Shown here: one piece after another, positions 51,370 through 59,868 of the stretch
How positions within the stretch are numbered: position 1 is the first letter of the stretch
Layout of the letters: each line of letters opens with the position of its first letter
DNA from: Burkholderiales bacterium
GTDB lineage: Bacteria > Pseudomonadota > Gammaproteobacteria > Burkholderiales > SG8-39
Assembly (NCBI GenBank): GCA_965279075.1
Contig: CBDIHI010000011.1
Coordinates: 142,044 to 206,043, forward strand
Length of the DNA: 64,000 bases
Direction: 5' to 3'
Position numbers and translations under genes: made by a program
Notes under the pieces: generated by a model
Told to the model about the DNA's origin: nothing
Database searches by the model: none
What the model saw: the letters and a program-made list of their open reading frames with translations, nothing else

Positions 51370-51968
51370 CGAGGCTCCTGGGAGCGGTCCCAGAGGTTGG
51401 GCATTACGGTGTTGTGGTAGCCGGAGACGAACTCCTTCGGCGCACCGGTCGCCGGGTCGAATACGTGGCGCCGGACCGCGCCGATATTCGCGCCGTAGAC
51501 GTGGATGCTGATCGAAGGGCGGTCGGCGTAGGCGTTCGAGACCACGTGGATGTCGCCGATCGTGGGGGACACGCGATCCACCTCGCCGGGCTCGATCCGG
51601 TGGGAGCCGCTGGTCTTGAACGGGCGGCCGGGCACGCACCCGTTGAACTCCTCGCACAGCTCCGCGCCGCGCAGGACGCCCACCAGCCCCCAGACCGTGT
51701 GGTCGTGGACAGGGGTCTTCTGCCCCGGCCCCCAGACGAAGCTGACGACCGAGAAGCGCTCGAGCGGGTCGCAGTGGAGCAGGTACTGCCGGTAGGACTG
51801 GGTGGAAGGCAGGGCGAACTCGTCGGCCAGCCAGTCGTCGTGCGCGATGAGGGCTTTGAGCAGGGCCTCGCCTTCGTCGAGCATCCTCGGTTCGTCCGCC
51901 CCGTGGGCGGCGACGAGTCCGGTCATGTCATGGATGTAGGTGCGCAAGCGCGCGGGATTCTTCTGCAT
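51366..51968 (-). CDS. cysteine dioxygenase type I family cupin (thiol dioxygenase, CDO/MDO-like)
   Basis: 200 aa. The cupin metal motif PVHDHTVWGLVGVLRG and a downstream IHV... His fit the 3-His CDO family. Confidence 0.7.
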   Translation of the reverse strand: MQKNPARLRTYIHDMTGLVAAHGADEPRMLDEGEALLKALIAHDDWLADEFALPSTQSYRQYLLHCDPLERFSVVSFVWGPGQKTPVHDHTVWGLVGVLRGAELCEEFNGCVPGRPFKTSGSHRIEPGEVDRVSPTIGDIHVVSNAYADRPSISIHVYGANIGAVRRHVFDPATGAPKEFVSGYHNTVMPNLWDRSQEPR

Positions 51969-52039
51969 GGTGCGGCATCCTACTGCGAGACGTGGGGCAG
52001 CGACAAGGCGGGTTCGGGGATCACCGTCAGGACGACGAG

Positions 52040-53788
52040 CTAGAGGGAAATGACCCCGTCCCCGCCGCAGTGCAGCCGCTCGACCTGGGCTGCGCGCCGG
52101 TCGAGCACGGCGCGCTGGTTGATGTAGCCCTTGTCGGTGATCTCGTTGGCATCGATCGACGGCGGTTCGTCCATCACGAGCAGGCGCACGGGCGCCGTGG
52201 AACTGCCGGTCGCATCACGATTCAGCGCCACCAGCGCATCTTTCAGGCGCGCGCGCACGCCTTCCGCATCCAGGCCCAGGGCCTTTGCGGCCGCAGGGTT
52301 CACGAACACCAGCGCGCCCATCTCCTCCCGGTCATGGCCCGTGATCACGGCATCCTGGACGAGCGGGTCGCATGCCGCGATCAGCCTCACGCGCACGGCG
52401 CCTACGTGCACCCAGGTGCCGGACATCAGCTTGAAGTCCTCGGCCACGCGCCCGTCGAACGTGATGCCCTTCGCGGGGTTGCTATCGTCGGCGAACCTCA
52501 TCGCGTCGCCGATCCTGTAGAAGCCTTCCTCGTCGAACGCCGCCAAAGTCAGGTCGTCGCGCCGCCAGTAGCCCGGGGTCACGCTGGGCCCTCGCACGCG
52601 GACCTCGAGTTTCCCACCGGACGGGACCAGTTTCAGCTCGGTGCCTGGCGCCGGGTTGCCGACCACGCCGGCTCGCTCTATCGGGTAGTGCACGCTGGTC
52701 GCCATCGGCGAGGTCTCGGTCGACCCCCACGCCGAGAGCATCGACAGCCGGCCGCCGTTCTCGGCGACGGCCAGCGCCTCGAGCCGCTCCCAGAGGTTCT
52801 GCGGCAGCGCGGCGCCGGCATAGAACACCACGTCGAGGTTGCGAAAGAAGCTGCGCCGCAGGTCCGCGTCCGTCTCGAGGAAGGGCAGCAGCAGGTCGAA
52901 GCCGCGCGGCACGTTGAAGTACATCGTCGGCGAGACTTCGCGCAGGTTCCTCGCCGTGATCTCTACGAGGCCGGGCGCGGGCTTGCCTGCGTCCACGTGG
53001 AGCGTGCCCCCGTTTCGCAGCACCATGTTGAACGTGGCGTTCCCACCGAACGTGTGGTTCCAGGGCAGCCATTCGCACAGCACCGGCGGCTTGTCCTCGA
53101 GGAAAGGCCACAACTGCGCCCAGGCCTGCTGGTTCGAGCAGAGCATGCGCTGGGTGTTGACGACGCCCTTGGGCGTGCCGGTGGAGCCCGAGGTGAACAA
53201 GATTTTCGCGACCGTGTCCGGCCCGACCGACGCGAAGGCCGCGTCGATGCGCTCGCCCGGACGGGCGTCGAGCAGTTCCGCCACCGGCGTGGCCTCGGCC
53301 CCGACCGCGGCCAGCGCCGGCGCGAATTTCGCAGCGTCCTGCGCGAACACGAGCCCGGGCCGCAGCAGTTCAAAGATGCCCTTCAGCTTCGCGTGGTCCT
53401 TCGACATCAGCGAATACGCAGGGGAGATCGGCGCGACTGGGACGCCCGCGTGCATCGCACCCAGCGCCACCAGCGCATGGTCGACGGAATTGTCTGAAAG
53501 GATGGCCACCGGGCGAGTCGCGGAGAGGCCGCGCCCGAGCAGCGATTCGCCTATGCGGCGCGCAGCGTCGAGTGCCTCGACGTACGAGACCTTGCGCCAG
53601 CCTTCGCCCGCGCGCTCGGCGAGGAAGGTCCGGTCAGGAGACGTGCGGGCCCAGTGTTCCAGCCACACGCCGAGCGCGCGCGGATAGTCCCCGAGAGGCT
53701 GCGGCGAGCGCAGCAGCGTGGTGCCGTCAGCGCGTTTCTCCACGTCGACCCGCGCAGGCGCGAACGCAAGGTTCGAATGCAGCTTCAT
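52040..53788 (-). CDS. AMP-dependent acyl-CoA synthetase (feruloyl-CoA synthase-like subgroup)
   Basis: 582 aa from MKLHSNLAF. AMP-binding motif LFTSGSTGTPKGV. The GYWRR...FYRIGD and KGYIN tail resemble Fcs-type ligases. The substrate is unknown. Confidence 0.75.
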   Translation of the reverse strand: MKLHSNLAFAPARVDVEKRADGTTLLRSPQPLGDYPRALGVWLEHWARTSPDRTFLAERAGEGWRKVSYVEALDAARRIGESLLGRGLSATRPVAILSDNSVDHALVALGAMHAGVPVAPISPAYSLMSKDHAKLKGIFELLRPGLVFAQDAAKFAPALAAVGAEATPVAELLDARPGERIDAAFASVGPDTVAKILFTSGSTGTPKGVVNTQRMLCSNQQAWAQLWPFLEDKPPVLCEWLPWNHTFGGNATFNMVLRNGGTLHVDAGKPAPGLVEITARNLREVSPTMYFNVPRGFDLLLPFLETDADLRRSFFRNLDVVFYAGAALPQNLWERLEALAVAENGGRLSMLSAWGSTETSPMATSVHYPIERAGVVGNPAPGTELKLVPSGGKLEVRVRGPSVTPGYWRRDDLTLAAFDEEGFYRIGDAMRFADDSNPAKGITFDGRVAEDFKLMSGTWVHVGAVRVRLIAACDPLVQDAVITGHDREEMGALVFVNPAAAKALGLDAEGVRARLKDALVALNRDATGSSTAPVRLLVMDEPPSIDANEITDKGYINQRAVLDRRAAQVERLHCGGDGVISL

Positions 53789-53805
53789 GTCGTCTCCGCC
53801 TGCGG

Positions 53806-54303
53806 CTAGGGCTTTCCCATGCGGTGAAACGGCGCCAGCGCCTCCGCTTCCAGCAGCGGGCCATGCACTTCGATGCCCTGGGGCGCAAGCGCAAGCACGT
53901 CGCGGCACGCAACGGCCCCGGGCATGGCGCCGGCGGTCTTCGGCATGAAAGGCATCGCCACTTTCGCGCTGACGCCAAACAGCACGCGCTTCAGCCCCAT
54001 GCGCATGATGGCCCCCGAGCACATGGGGCAGGGCTCGCCGCTTGCGTACATCGTGGCGCCCGCAAAGCGCAGCACGCCGGCGGTTTTCGAGGCGGCGCGA
54101 AACGCGTTGGTCTCGGCGTGTGCCGTCGCATCGCGTGCGGTGAGGATGGTGTTCTCGGTCGAGGCCAGCACTTCGCCGTCGGCGGCCACCAGCACCGCGC
54201 CGTAGGGCATGTTGCCGTGCCTGAGGGCTTCTTCGGAAAGCCGGATCGCCTCGCGCAGGTGCTGCAGGTCGGTGTCTGACGGGGAGGGGGTCGGGTTGCT
54301 CAC
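53806..54303 (-). CDS. CMP/dCMP-type zinc deaminase (nucleoside/guanine deaminase-like)
   Basis: 165 aa with HAE...PCPMC zinc-binding motifs. Confidence 0.8.
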   Translation of the reverse strand: MSNPTPSPSDTDLQHLREAIRLSEEALRHGNMPYGAVLVAADGEVLASTENTILTARDATAHAETNAFRAASKTAGVLRFAGATMYASGEPCPMCSGAIMRMGLKRVLFGVSAKVAMPFMPKTAGAMPGAVACRDVLALAPQGIEVHGPLLEAEALAPFHRMGKP

Positions 54304-54451
54304 GCTGGTTCACCTCGTGTTCGAAAGGGATCGCCCGAATCGGCGCTTCGGGCCTTTCATCTTACCGGACTACAATAGGAATATTCATGAAAGGCTAGGC
54401 GGCCGCGTTCGCCGCACACGACGTCCACCCGTACACAACCAGCGAAGAAAA

Positions 54452-55828
54452 ATGGCCAAGAAACCAAATCTCATCGTCATCCTGATCGACGACCTGCGCT
54501 TCGACGAGACAGGCATCTCCGGGCACCCGTACATGAAGACCCCCAACATCGACCGGCTCGCCCGCGACGGCGCGATGTTCGACAACGCCTTCCACACCAC
54601 GCCGCTGTGCTCGCCCAACCGCGCCTCGATCCTGACCGGCCAGTACGCCTCGCGCCACGGCATCATCGACAACGTCGGCCGCGACATCGCCAGCCACCGT
54701 CTCGACAACTACCACGTGGCCCTCAAGGCGCTCGGCTACGAGACCGCGCACGTCGGCAAGTGGCACATGGGCAACGACGCCAGCCCGCGCCCCGGCTACG
54801 ACCACTGGGTGAGCTTCAAGGGGCAGGGCCAGCTGATTGACCCGATCCTCTGGGAGGATGGCGGCGAGCACCAGGTGCAAGGCTACATGACGGACATCCT
54901 GAACTCTCGCGCGGCGGACTTCGTGAAGAAGAAGAGGAAGTCCCCGTTCGCGCTGTTCTTCGCGCACAAGGCCGTGCATCCCGACCTGCACCAGAACGCG
55001 AGCGGCGGCATCGACGCGTCCACCATCGGCGGCTACACGCTGCCCGAGCGCCACAAGGACCTCTACAAGGGCATGACCTTCCCGAAGCGGCCGAACATGC
55101 TGCCGTTGGAGGAGGTCGCGAAGGACAAGCCCGCGCTCAGGATGATGTTCGAGGCACGCGCCCAGCCGCTGTCGCGCGACATCCTCGCCGCGATGGACGG
55201 CGGCACGCAGGAGGAAATCCGCAAGCGCGCCGCGATGATGGCCTCGGTCGACGAGGGGGTCGGCATGCTGCTGGAGGCCCTGGAAGCAACGAAGCAGCTC
55301 GACAACACCTGCATCGTGTTCCTCGGCGACAACGGGTTCTTCTTCGGCGAGCACGGGCTTACGGTCGAGCGGCGCTTCGCGTACGAGGAGGGCATCCGCA
55401 CCGCGTTCTACGTGCACTACCCGAAGAAGGTGGCGGCCGGCACGAAGTTCCGCGAGATGATCCTCGCCATCGACATCGCTCCCACGCTGATCGAGCTGGC
55501 CGGCGGCAAGCCCGGCGACACTGTGCAGGGAAAATCGCTCCTGCCGTTGCTCAAGGGCAAGGCGAAGAAGTGGCGCCAGTCGTTCCTGTGCGAGTACTGG
55601 AGCGAGGGCGCGTGGCCGTGGATCGTGGGCATGGGCTACAAGGCCGTGCGCACCGAGCGCTGGAAGTACATCCACTGGACGCACCACCAGGGCATGGCCG
55701 AGATGTACGACCTGCAGGCGGATCCATATGAAATGAAGAACCTGGCGGCGGACCCGGCGCTCGTGAAAGAGCGCGAGGCGGTGAAAAAGGAACTCAGGAA
55801 ACTCACGGCCGAGGCGCTGGGCATCTAA
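54452..55828 (+). CDS. Cys-type sulfatase (formylglycine-dependent), no signal peptide
   Basis: 458 aa from MAKKPNLIVILIDDLRFD. Sulfatase signature PLCSPNRASILTG. No N-terminal hydrophobic leader precedes the catalytic core. Confidence 0.85.
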   Translation: MAKKPNLIVILIDDLRFDETGISGHPYMKTPNIDRLARDGAMFDNAFHTTPLCSPNRASILTGQYASRHGIIDNVGRDIASHRLDNYHVALKALGYETAHVGKWHMGNDASPRPGYDHWVSFKGQGQLIDPILWEDGGEHQVQGYMTDILNSRAADFVKKKRKSPFALFFAHKAVHPDLHQNASGGIDASTIGGYTLPERHKDLYKGMTFPKRPNMLPLEEVAKDKPALRMMFEARAQPLSRDILAAMDGGTQEEIRKRAAMMASVDEGVGMLLEALEATKQLDNTCIVFLGDNGFFFGEHGLTVERRFAYEEGIRTAFYVHYPKKVAAGTKFREMILAIDIAPTLIELAGGKPGDTVQGKSLLPLLKGKAKKWRQSFLCEYWSEGAWPWIVGMGYKAVRTERWKYIHWTHHQGMAEMYDLQADPYEMKNLAADPALVKEREAVKKELRKLTAEALGI

Positions 55829-55857
55829 CCGCCTTGCCTGTACTCGAGGACACCTGC

Positions 55858-56469
55858 ATGCCCGCACTCCACACGATAGACCAGCTTCGCAGCCTCTATG
55901 CCCAGCCGATCGAACGCGCGATCAGGAAGCAGCTCGCGCACCTCGACCCGCATTGCCGCAGCTTCATTGCGCTGTCCCCGTACGTAGTGCTGTGCAGCTC
56001 CGACGCGGCGGGCAACCTCGATGCCTCGCCGCGCGGCGGCTCGCCCGGGTTCTGCAGGGTCGCCGACGACCATACCCTGCTGGTTCCCGACCGACCGGGG
56101 AACAACCGTCTCGACAGCTTCTCCAACATCATCGAGACCGGGCGCATCGGCCTCTTGTTCTTCGTGCCGGGCGTGGACGAGATGCTGCGCGTGAACGGCA
56201 CGGCGGAGCTGCGCACCGACGCGGACCTCTGCGCGCAATGCCTCGAGCAGGGCAAGGCGCCGAAGGTCGTGGTGTCCGTCGCCGTGCGGGAGGCCTACCT
56301 GCACTGCGCCAAGGCGATCATGCGCGCCGGCCTCTGGAAGCCCGAAAGCCGGATTCCCCGCAGCCTACTGCCCTCGATGGGCGAGATGATCCGCGACCAG
56401 TCGGGTGGCGCGACCGAGGCCGAGACGCAGGAACAGATGGTCGCCCGCTACCGCGAGCAGTTGTACTGA
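55858..56469 (+). CDS. pyridoxamine 5'-phosphate oxidase-family (FMN-binding split barrel) protein
   Basis: About 203 aa. ASPRGG.PGF...L..PD..GN...D...N pattern. ATG 55834 is an alternative start. Confidence 0.6.
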   Translation: MPALHTIDQLRSLYAQPIERAIRKQLAHLDPHCRSFIALSPYVVLCSSDAAGNLDASPRGGSPGFCRVADDHTLLVPDRPGNNRLDSFSNIIETGRIGLLFFVPGVDEMLRVNGTAELRTDADLCAQCLEQGKAPKVVVSVAVREAYLHCAKAIMRAGLWKPESRIPRSLLPSMGEMIRDQSGGATEAETQEQMVARYREQLY

Positions 56470-56477
56470 AGTCCACC

Positions 56478-57545
56478 ATGCCCGCGGAATTGTTCGAGCG
56501 GTATGCGCGGGTCGCGGCAATCGCGATCCTTGCGATCTCCTGCCTGCTCGTGCTCAAGCCTTTCGTGGCCGCCATCGTCCTCGCCGCAGTGTTGTGCTCC
56601 GCGACGTGGCCTCTGTATGCGTGGTTGCGTGGACTGCTTGGCGGACGTGCGTGGCTCGCGGCGATGGCAATGTCGCTGCTCATGGCGCTTGCGGTCATCG
56701 TGCCGGTGGCGCTGCTTGCGGCCAGCCTCACCGACAACGTTCCAGGGATCGTGGAGTCCTCAAGGCGCCTGCTGGCCGGGGTGTTGCCGGACCCGCCGGC
56801 CTGGCTCCAAGGCGTGCCGCTGGTCGGGTCGGTGGCGGACGCCTACTGGCACCGGCTGATGGACAGCCGGCAGGAGCTCGACGCGCTGCTGCAGCGCCTC
56901 GCCGGGCCCGCGCGCGCCGCGCTGCTGGCGGCGGGCGCGATGCTGGGCGAAGGCATCCTGCAGATGCTGCTGGTCGGGTTCCTCGGCTTCTTCTTCTACC
57001 GGGACGGGGAGGCCCTGATGCAGGCCTCGCGAACCATAATGTCCCGGATGGCCGGGGACATGTCCGCCCGCATCCTCGACACGATCAACAACACGATTAC
57101 CGGCGTGCTCTTCGGGATCGTCGGCACTGCCCTCGCGCAGGCCGGGGTGGCGTTGGCCGGGCTCCTCGTCGCGGGCGTGCCGAACGCCTTCGTGCTGGCC
57201 GCGGCCACCTTCTTCCTGTCGATGGTGCCGGTGGGCCCGCCCCTGGTCTGGGGCGGTGCCGCGCTCTGGCTCGCACAGCGCGGCGAGCCGGGCTGGGCGG
57301 TGTTCATGGCGCTGTACGGTTTCTTCGTCATCAGCAGCATCGACAACCTGGTCAAGCCCTACCTGATCAGCCGCGGCTCCTCGCTGTCGTTCGCGCTCGT
57401 GTTCCTCGGGGTGCTGGGCGGCGTGCTCGCCTTCGGGCTGATCGGGCTTTTCCTCGGGCCCGTGCTCCTGGCGGTGGCCATCATGCTGCTCAAGTCCTGG
57501 ATGCGGGCGCCGCAGGCCGCCGGCGGGCCGCCGGGGCCCTCATAG
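56478..57545 (+). CDS. AI-2E family transporter (PerM/UPF0118)
   Basis: 355 aa with about 8 TM segments. The C-terminal DNLVKPYLI motif is typical of the family. Confidence 0.75.
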   Translation: MPAELFERYARVAAIAILAISCLLVLKPFVAAIVLAAVLCSATWPLYAWLRGLLGGRAWLAAMAMSLLMALAVIVPVALLAASLTDNVPGIVESSRRLLAGVLPDPPAWLQGVPLVGSVADAYWHRLMDSRQELDALLQRLAGPARAALLAAGAMLGEGILQMLLVGFLGFFFYRDGEALMQASRTIMSRMAGDMSARILDTINNTITGVLFGIVGTALAQAGVALAGLLVAGVPNAFVLAAATFFLSMVPVGPPLVWGGAALWLAQRGEPGWAVFMALYGFFVISSIDNLVKPYLISRGSSLSFALVFLGVLGGVLAFGLIGLFLGPVLLAVAIMLLKSWMRAPQAAGGPPGPS

Positions 57546-57559
57546 CCGCGCGCCCGGCC

Positions 57560-58492
57560 TCAGCCGGTACTGCGCTGCTCGCCCAGCCACTGGACGAAGG
57601 CCCGCACCGACGAGCGTGCGAGCGCTTCCTCGGTCGTCACCATGTAGTAGGCGTACGGCAGGGGTACCCGGAGGTCGAAGGGCGCCACCAGCCGCTTGGC
57701 GTCCAACTGCGGCCTGGCGAGTTCCGGCGAGGTGGCGACGATGCCGACCCCCTCCGCCGCGGCTTCCAGCGCGAGCACCGTATGCGACAACTGCGCGCCG
57801 TGCTTCAGCTTGAGGCGCGAGGCGCCCGCGGCCTCCAGCCACAGCGCCCAGAAGTCCCGCCCGTCGTACAGCCGCCCCATGTCGTCGTGCAGGAGCGTCA
57901 TCCCGCGCAAGTCACCCGGGGTGAGCCGGGCGCGGCCGACGAGGCCGGGATTGACCAGCGGGGTGACCGTCAGCGGCACCAGCCGTTCGACATGGAAGCC
58001 CGGGAAGTCGCCATCTGAAAGCAGTACGGCAACGTCTGCGTCGGCCAGCCAGGCTTCCGCTTCGCGTCGCGACTGTGCGCCCACCACGGTGGATTGCCGT
58101 GTGCGGGCGGTGATGCGCACGTCGATGTCCGGCTGTGCGGTCAGGAAGCGGTGCAGCCGGGGCATCAGCCAGCAGGTCGCAAAGGAGGGCGCCACGCTTA
58201 CCGTGAGCGTGAGCCCCGCGCGGCTGTCGCGGAGTTCGCGCACCGCGAGGCCGAGCTGGTCGAATCCTGCCGCGAGGTGCGGAAGCGCCGCGCGCGCGGC
58301 ATCGGTCAACTCGATGCCGCGGGGCTTCCTGATCAACAGCGCGCGGCCGGTCAGGTCCTCGAGCAGCTTGATCTGGTGGCTGACTGCGGCGGGCGTGACG
58401 TTCAGCTCGGCCGCCGCTTTCTTCACGCTCAGCAGCCGCGCCACCGTCTCGAAGGCGCGCAGTGCATTCAAAGGGGGCAGGCGTTCGGGCAT
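57560..58492 (-). CDS. LysR-family transcriptional regulator (GcvA-like)
   Basis: 310 aa. HTH LNALRAFETVARLLSVKKAAAELNVTPAAVSHQIKLLE. Confidence 0.9.
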   Translation of the reverse strand: MPERLPPLNALRAFETVARLLSVKKAAAELNVTPAAVSHQIKLLEDLTGRALLIRKPRGIELTDAARAALPHLAAGFDQLGLAVRELRDSRAGLTLTVSVAPSFATCWLMPRLHRFLTAQPDIDVRITARTRQSTVVGAQSRREAEAWLADADVAVLLSDGDFPGFHVERLVPLTVTPLVNPGLVGRARLTPGDLRGMTLLHDDMGRLYDGRDFWALWLEAAGASRLKLKHGAQLSHTVLALEAAAEGVGIVATSPELARPQLDAKRLVAPFDLRVPLPYAYYMVTTEEALARSSVRAFVQWLGEQRSTG

Positions 58493-58514
58493 CGCGCACC
58501 GGGATGGGTAGGGA

Positions 58515-58527
58515 TTAGAAATTCTAA
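58515..58527. promoter_or_regulatory. candidate LysR-type T-N11-A operator (perfect palindrome TTAGAA-A-TTCTAA)
   Basis: Read directly. Lies 23 nt upstream of the LysR start codon, in the divergent intergenic region. Confidence 0.45.
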
Positions 58528-58633
58528 CGCATTCCGGGATAAATCGTCAGTTGTTGCGATGCGGTAAAGAGGGGATGATTCAACTCATCGAAGCGCAACT
58601 GCTCAACCGGATTAACCCTTAGTGAGGCCGCCC

Positions 58634-58810
58634 ATGAACGCCACCCCCGACCTGATCGCCGAGCGCATCGCCGCCCTGCCGATTACCGAAGCCGAGCGCC
58701 GCCAGGCCCAGGCCTATGTCTCCTCCGGCGAGACCTTCGCCCAGGCGCTGCTGTCGATTGCGCACTGGTTCGAGTCCTCGCCCGTGCTGAAGCCCCATTA
58801 CCACGGCTAG
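58634..58810 (+). CDS. hypothetical small protein divergent from the LysR gene
   Basis: 58 aa from MNATPDLIAE, with a GAGG Shine-Dalgarno-like sequence 6 nt upstream. A hairpin plus T8 terminator follows. No motif recognised. Confidence 0.35.
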   Translation: MNATPDLIAERIAALPITEAERRQAQAYVSSGETFAQALLSIAHWFESSPVLKPHYHG

Positions 58811-58865
58811 CCTCCGGGCCGGCTGCACAGTCTCCTCCTCGGGGCCGCAAAGGCCTCGATTTCAA

Positions 58866-58891
58866 AAGGAACCCTCGGGTTCCTTTTTTTT
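58866..58891 (+). terminator. intrinsic terminator (GGAACC-CTCG-GGTTCC followed by T8)
   Basis: Read directly. It sits between convergent genes. An A-rich run lies 5' of the stem (only AAAA immediately adjacent), so any minus-strand termination would be weaker. Confidence 0.7.
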
Positions 58892-58893
58892 GC

Positions 58894-59835
58894 CTAGAAG
58901 TAGCCTACGCCCTGCGTGTTGACGTAGAGGGAATACACCGACGTGCTGGCCGCCATGAAGAGGCGGTTGCGGTTCACGCCGCCGAAGCAGAGGTTCGCGC
59001 AACGCTCGGGCAGGTCGATGCGGCCGATCAGCTTGCCGTCCGGGTTGAAGATGTGCACGCCATCGAGCCCGGCCTGCCCCATGCCCCAGCCGCACCACAG
59101 GTTGCCGTCGACGTCGAGCCGGAAGCCGTCCGGCGTGCCCGGGCCCGCCTCGATCAGCATGCGCCGGTTGGCGAGCGCGTTCCCGCCAACGACGTCGCAC
59201 ACGAGGATCTTGCGCGGCACCGAGCGCGATTCGACGATGTAGAGCAGCTTCTCGTCGGGCGAGAACGCGAGGCCGTTGGGCTGGTTGATGCCTTCGGCGA
59301 CGGCTTCGATTTCGCCCGACGGATCCACGCGGTACACGTTCATCGGCAGCTCGGGCGTGGCCTTGCCGCCCTCGTACCAGCCGAGGATGCCGAAGGTCGG
59401 GTCGGTGAACCAGATCGAGCCGTCAGACTTGACGACGATGTCGTTCGGGGAATTCAGGCGCTTGCCCTGGAACGAATCGACCACCGTGGTGACCGTCCCG
59501 TCGTGTTCCGTGCGCGAGATGCGCCGGCCACCGTGCTCGCAGCTGACGATGCGGCCCTGGCGGTCGCGGGTGTGGCCGTTGGCGTAGTTGGAGGGCTTCC
59601 TGAACACGCTGACCGCGCCCGTTTCCTCGTCCCAGCGCAGCATCCGGTTGTTGGGAATGTCGCTCCAGACAAGGGACCTCGTGTCGCCCAGCCATACGGG
59701 GCCTTCCGACCAACGGCAGCCGGTGGCGATGCGCTCGACCTTGGCGAGCGGCAGGCGGTATTTCTCGAAGGCCGGATCCAGGACGACGACTGCGGGATCG
59801 GGGTAGCGGGGGCTGGGCTGCCAGTCGTCGGCCAT
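58894..59835 (-). CDS. SMP-30/gluconolactonase/LRE-family lactonase
   Basis: 313 aa. EGPVW, SNDIVV..DG.IWFTDP, PNGLAFSPDE and PDG...D..G.LW blades. Starts 33 nt downstream of boxB. Confidence 0.8.
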   Translation of the reverse strand: MADDWQPSPRYPDPAVVVLDPAFEKYRLPLAKVERIATGCRWSEGPVWLGDTRSLVWSDIPNNRMLRWDEETGAVSVFRKPSNYANGHTRDRQGRIVSCEHGGRRISRTEHDGTVTTVVDSFQGKRLNSPNDIVVKSDGSIWFTDPTFGILGWYEGGKATPELPMNVYRVDPSGEIEAVAEGINQPNGLAFSPDEKLLYIVESRSVPRKILVCDVVGGNALANRRMLIEAGPGTPDGFRLDVDGNLWCGWGMGQAGLDGVHIFNPDGKLIGRIDLPERCANLCFGGVNRNRLFMAASTSVYSLYVNTQGVGYF

Positions 59836-59868
59836 GGGGCGGGGTCCTCGTTCAGTAAGGGTGGACGC

